IMG/VR virus record: IMGVR_UViG_2648501629_000001
Span: 1 to 37,473 of that record
Length of the DNA stretch: 37,473 bases
Strand: one strand, 5' to 3'
From: a virus
The notes beneath the pieces are model-generated. The model ran no database searches, was not told the DNA's origin, and saw nothing but the letters and a program-made list of their open reading frames with translations. The translations under genes and the position numbers were made by a program. This document shows, piece after piece, positions 34,660-37,473 of this stretch; the first letter of the stretch is position 1, and the number at the start of each line of letters is the position of its first letter.

Positions 34660-35838
34660 ATGACAAATTTAGAGAAGACAACAGAATTACAAAAAGGCAA
34701 ATCTTTCGTAACATTAACTGGTAAAGTTAAAATCAGCGACAAGACATTCGGTGGGGAAATTACATCACCAACAACTGGTTACAAATATGCTCGTATTAAT
34801 CTAGGTGTTGAAACTGCAGAAGGTAACGTGGTTTACGGAGAAATGATGGGTGGATATGCTCCTTCTAATCCAGTAATTTATGCAATGGATAAGGAAGGTC
34901 AAGCAATTCAAGTAAACTGGGCAGACCGCTTAAATGAATCAGTAGTTGAGTCAATCGCAGACTTTAAATTACACAAAGTTGGCGTTGAAAAAGGTGAAGA
35001 TGGTCGTACAATCATTAAGAAATTCTTATCTCCAATTGATGTTGAAGCTTATTTAAAAGAGCATCTTAAAGATGGTATGGAAGTAACAGTTAAAGGTTCA
35101 TTTGGATTCTCTGAATACAAAGAAGATACGCAACGTAAGTTCCAAATTCAAAACATCTTCTTAGCTTACCAAAAGCGTGACGAAAAAACGAATGAATTAT
35201 TGCCAGTCGATTACCGTGCAGACTTCGTTCAAACTATCTTACTTGATGAAGACTCTTTCAAGCGTATTACAAAAGATGACGCAAAAGAAGGCGAAGTTGT
35301 TGTTCAAGCAAAAGTAGTTGACTATGTAGGTAAACGTGACAATGTAGTAATTAAGAAAAACATGCCATTCTCACTTCCAATCGTAGTGAAAATTAATAAA
35401 GAAAATCCTGAGATGACTGAGAAAATTCTTAACCTTCTATTCAAAGTTAAGAAAGGTCAAGTTCGTGAACTAGGTATCGAAGGTCACATCGTTGAGGGCT
35501 ATGAAAAACAAGATGTAGGAAGCGCTGATATTAAGCTATCTGCTGAGATTCAAGAATTAATTGCAATGGGATTATACAGCGAAGAAGAAGCTAAGAAGAA
35601 AATGACTGTACGTGGAAACAAAGTTTCTAAATTGGTATTCGCTCGTCCTCTACTTGTTAAAGATGAAAAGAACCCAAATGGTACTCTTGATATGAACGAT
35701 AACAAGTACAAGCCTGAGGATTTAATCGTTGCACTTCCTGAGAAAGAAGAAGCAGACCCATTAGCAGATGTGCATGACCAAGGTTCTTCTACTGGTGGCG
35801 AAGGCGGTAACGACTGGATGAAAGCTTTAGGAATCTAA
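34660..35838 (+). CDS. Putative single-stranded DNA-binding protein (YorF-like position)
   Basis: Beta-rich OB-like sequence, flexible acidic/aromatic tail, upstream of Sak4-like ATPase. Confidence 0.55.
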   Translation: MTNLEKTTELQKGKSFVTLTGKVKISDKTFGGEITSPTTGYKYARINLGVETAEGNVVYGEMMGGYAPSNPVIYAMDKEGQAIQVNWADRLNESVVESIADFKLHKVGVEKGEDGRTIIKKFLSPIDVEAYLKEHLKDGMEVTVKGSFGFSEYKEDTQRKFQIQNIFLAYQKRDEKTNELLPVDYRADFVQTILLDEDSFKRITKDDAKEGEVVVQAKVVDYVGKRDNVVIKKNMPFSLPIVVKINKENPEMTEKILNLLFKVKKGQVRELGIEGHIVEGYEKQDVGSADIKLSAEIQELIAMGLYSEEEAKKKMTVRGNKVSKLVFARPLLVKDEKNPNGTLDMNDNKYKPEDLIVALPEKEEADPLADVHDQGSSTGGEGGNDWMKALGI

Positions 35839-35947
35839 TATTAAACAAAATTATTGAAACAATGGTTACGGGAGTTCCATTTAAAAACTCCTACTAAACA
35901 AAATTATTGAAACTAATAAAATTTAAAATAAGAAAGAGGTAATTATA

Positions 35948-36913
35948 TTGTCAATGTTCCGTAAACCATCAACTAAAAAATTAGGTCTTAAAGTTCTTGT
36001 TCTAGGTGAAAAGGGCGTAGGTAAATCAGTATTCTCACTTTCATTCCCACGAGTTTATGCAATCGATGGAGAGACTGGTATGGCATTCTATGAGAGTCAC
36101 CCACGATTTGGTCAAAACTTACTAGGTATTGTGAATACACAAGACTTCAATGAATTACAAGAAGCAATTGATGAATTAATGGATATGGGCGCAGAAGAAG
36201 TTGGTACATTGTCAATCGACTCTGAGACAAAAATCTATGAAAACTTAACTGATGCAAGCTTACAAGTTGAGGAGAAAAAGGCTCGTAAAAATGGTAAGGA
36301 TGTAAATGATTCAAGCGTTAGTATGCGTGGTTGGGGACGCATTAAAGCAATCGCAACACGTTTACAGAATCTTAAGATTGACCTATCTGCAAAAGGCATC
36401 AATGTTATCTCGATTGCACAGATTGACGATGTTAAGCAAAAGGTTGGAGAGAACTTCGTTAAAGTTGGCGAGAAGCCTGTAATGAAGAAGAATTCTGAAT
36501 ATGATTACGATATTGTTATTAAGTTATTCACTGAAACTGATGCTAAGGGAGATGCAATCTACAAAGGTATTATCCTTAAAGATAGAACTGGTGTAACAAA
36601 GGTTAATCAAGTTGTTGAAAATCCTTCATACGACACTTGGAGACTGTTCTTAGAAGCTCGTGATGGAGCAGATACAATCAAGTCTAATCTTGCACAAGAC
36701 AATGCGAAGTCTCAAAAAGCTCTTGAAGAAGAAGATGCAGAAGCTGAAAAGACAATCGTAGACAAACTAAAAGAAGCAATGGCTATGAGTGACGCTCATC
36801 AAGCAAAAGCAGTAGCTTTAATTCAAGAAGCAGGAATTAAGAATCCTCTTTCTCCTACTGCAACTGAGTTAAACAAACTACAGAAGATTGTTGAAATTGT
36901 ATCTGAAATGTAA
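35948..36913 (+). CDS. AAA_24/Sak4-like ATPase (YorG-like)
   Basis: Walker A GEKGVGKS, IDGETG, Walker B LSIDS, WG.I, KDRT. Confidence 0.8.
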   Translation: MSMFRKPSTKKLGLKVLVLGEKGVGKSVFSLSFPRVYAIDGETGMAFYESHPRFGQNLLGIVNTQDFNELQEAIDELMDMGAEEVGTLSIDSETKIYENLTDASLQVEEKKARKNGKDVNDSSVSMRGWGRIKAIATRLQNLKIDLSAKGINVISIAQIDDVKQKVGENFVKVGEKPVMKKNSEYDYDIVIKLFTETDAKGDAIYKGIILKDRTGVTKVNQVVENPSYDTWRLFLEARDGADTIKSNLAQDNAKSQKALEEEDAEAEKTIVDKLKEAMAMSDAHQAKAVALIQEAGIKNPLSPTATELNKLQKIVEIVSEM

Positions 36914-36984
36914 TTAATGTAAGGGGAGTTGATACCAACTTCCCTTTAAACAAAATTATTGAAATAAGTAGGAGTGGGGTTAGG

Positions 36985-37473
36985 ATGGCAAAACCAACTA
37001 AGTTAGACAGAGATAAGATTCATTATTGTTACTATTGCGATGGGATTATTGAAAGTGTAAATGATATTGCGTGGAAGAAGTTCCCTATGCAGACACGAGC
37101 AGGAGAGAGATGGTACAACAGAAAGCTTCATGTAGAGTGCTTGTCAAAATATCATGAAGAAATTCAAGATGCTGAGCTTAAGAAAGAGGAGAATTCTGAC
37201 TGGGATGCTCTCTATCAGTATGTTAAGCATGAAATCTTAGGGGAAAAGGTTACAAAGTTAGACCAAGAGAATCATAAGAGCCACATTGCCAAACGATTAC
37301 TTGGGTTAAGACTTGGTCAATATTACCCTAGCGGTAATAATACTCGTATTCTTCCTAGAGGGTATGGATTTAAAACTATTCTACTAGCGTTCAAGGTTGT
37401 AAAACCAAAGCTTCTACCTTATTTAGCTTCTACTGAGTTTGCTAATCACAAACATAAGATTGATGGAATGATG
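36985..37473 (+). CDS. YorH-like replication protein with N-terminal zinc finger (runs off window)
   Basis: AGGAG RBS; CYYC...HVEC; open to the window end. Confidence 0.65.
   Translation, partial: MAKPTKLDRDKIHYCYYCDGIIESVNDIAWKKFPMQTRAGERWYNRKLHVECLSKYHEEIQDAELKKEENSDWDALYQYVKHEILGEKVTKLDQENHKSHIAKRLLGLRLGQYYPSGNNTRILPRGYGFKTILLAFKVVKPKLLPYLASTEFANHKHKIDGMM

Larger units (their letters stand above)
2083..36963 (+). repeat. Dispersed asymmetric motif A, TAAACAAAA(G/T)TATTGA(A/C), ~20 copies, all on +
   Basis: Copies start at 2083, 3386, 9466, 12497, 14730, 15376, 21295, 21361, 21490, 22104, 27219, 28072, 28662, 31933, 33120, 34458, 34574, 35842, 35895, 36947. Confidence 0.9.

Overview
This window looks like the left end (~37 kb) of a large temperate Bacillus siphovirus genome, with SPbeta-like/Tsamsa-like organisation (inferred from gene content, sigma-A promoters and Bacillus-type RBSs; no database search was possible). 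(1) 1-2.1 kb is a non-coding terminal region. It has phased A-tracts, a ~900-bp purine/pyrimidine-alternating tract, and a cluster of host-regulator-like sites (two WalR boxes, two CcpA cre sites). (2) 2.1-20 kb is an early region of small + strand genes, including GP88-like, DUF262, SprT, DarA_C, P22-gp17-like and four paralogous exported proteins. Its promoters carry a 19-bp palindromic operator, and three hammerhead ribozymes sit directly after stop codons. (3) 20-24.5 kb is a lysis/lysogeny module: a tyrosine recombinase, a catalytically degenerate MrpR/YopR-like repressor, and an opposite-strand XRE-HTH plus membrane protein. (4) 25-37.5 kb holds DNA ligase, a 3D-domain cell-wall protein with a WalR box, an NMP kinase, a LexA-boxed gene run ending in NAD+ salvage genes (NAMPT, NMNAT, Nudix, plus SLOG), a PQ-loop transporter, and the start of a YorF/G/H-like replication cluster. 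About 20 same-orientation copies of an asymmetric 17-bp motif run through the whole window. I saw no tRNA, rRNA, CRISPR array or IS element.
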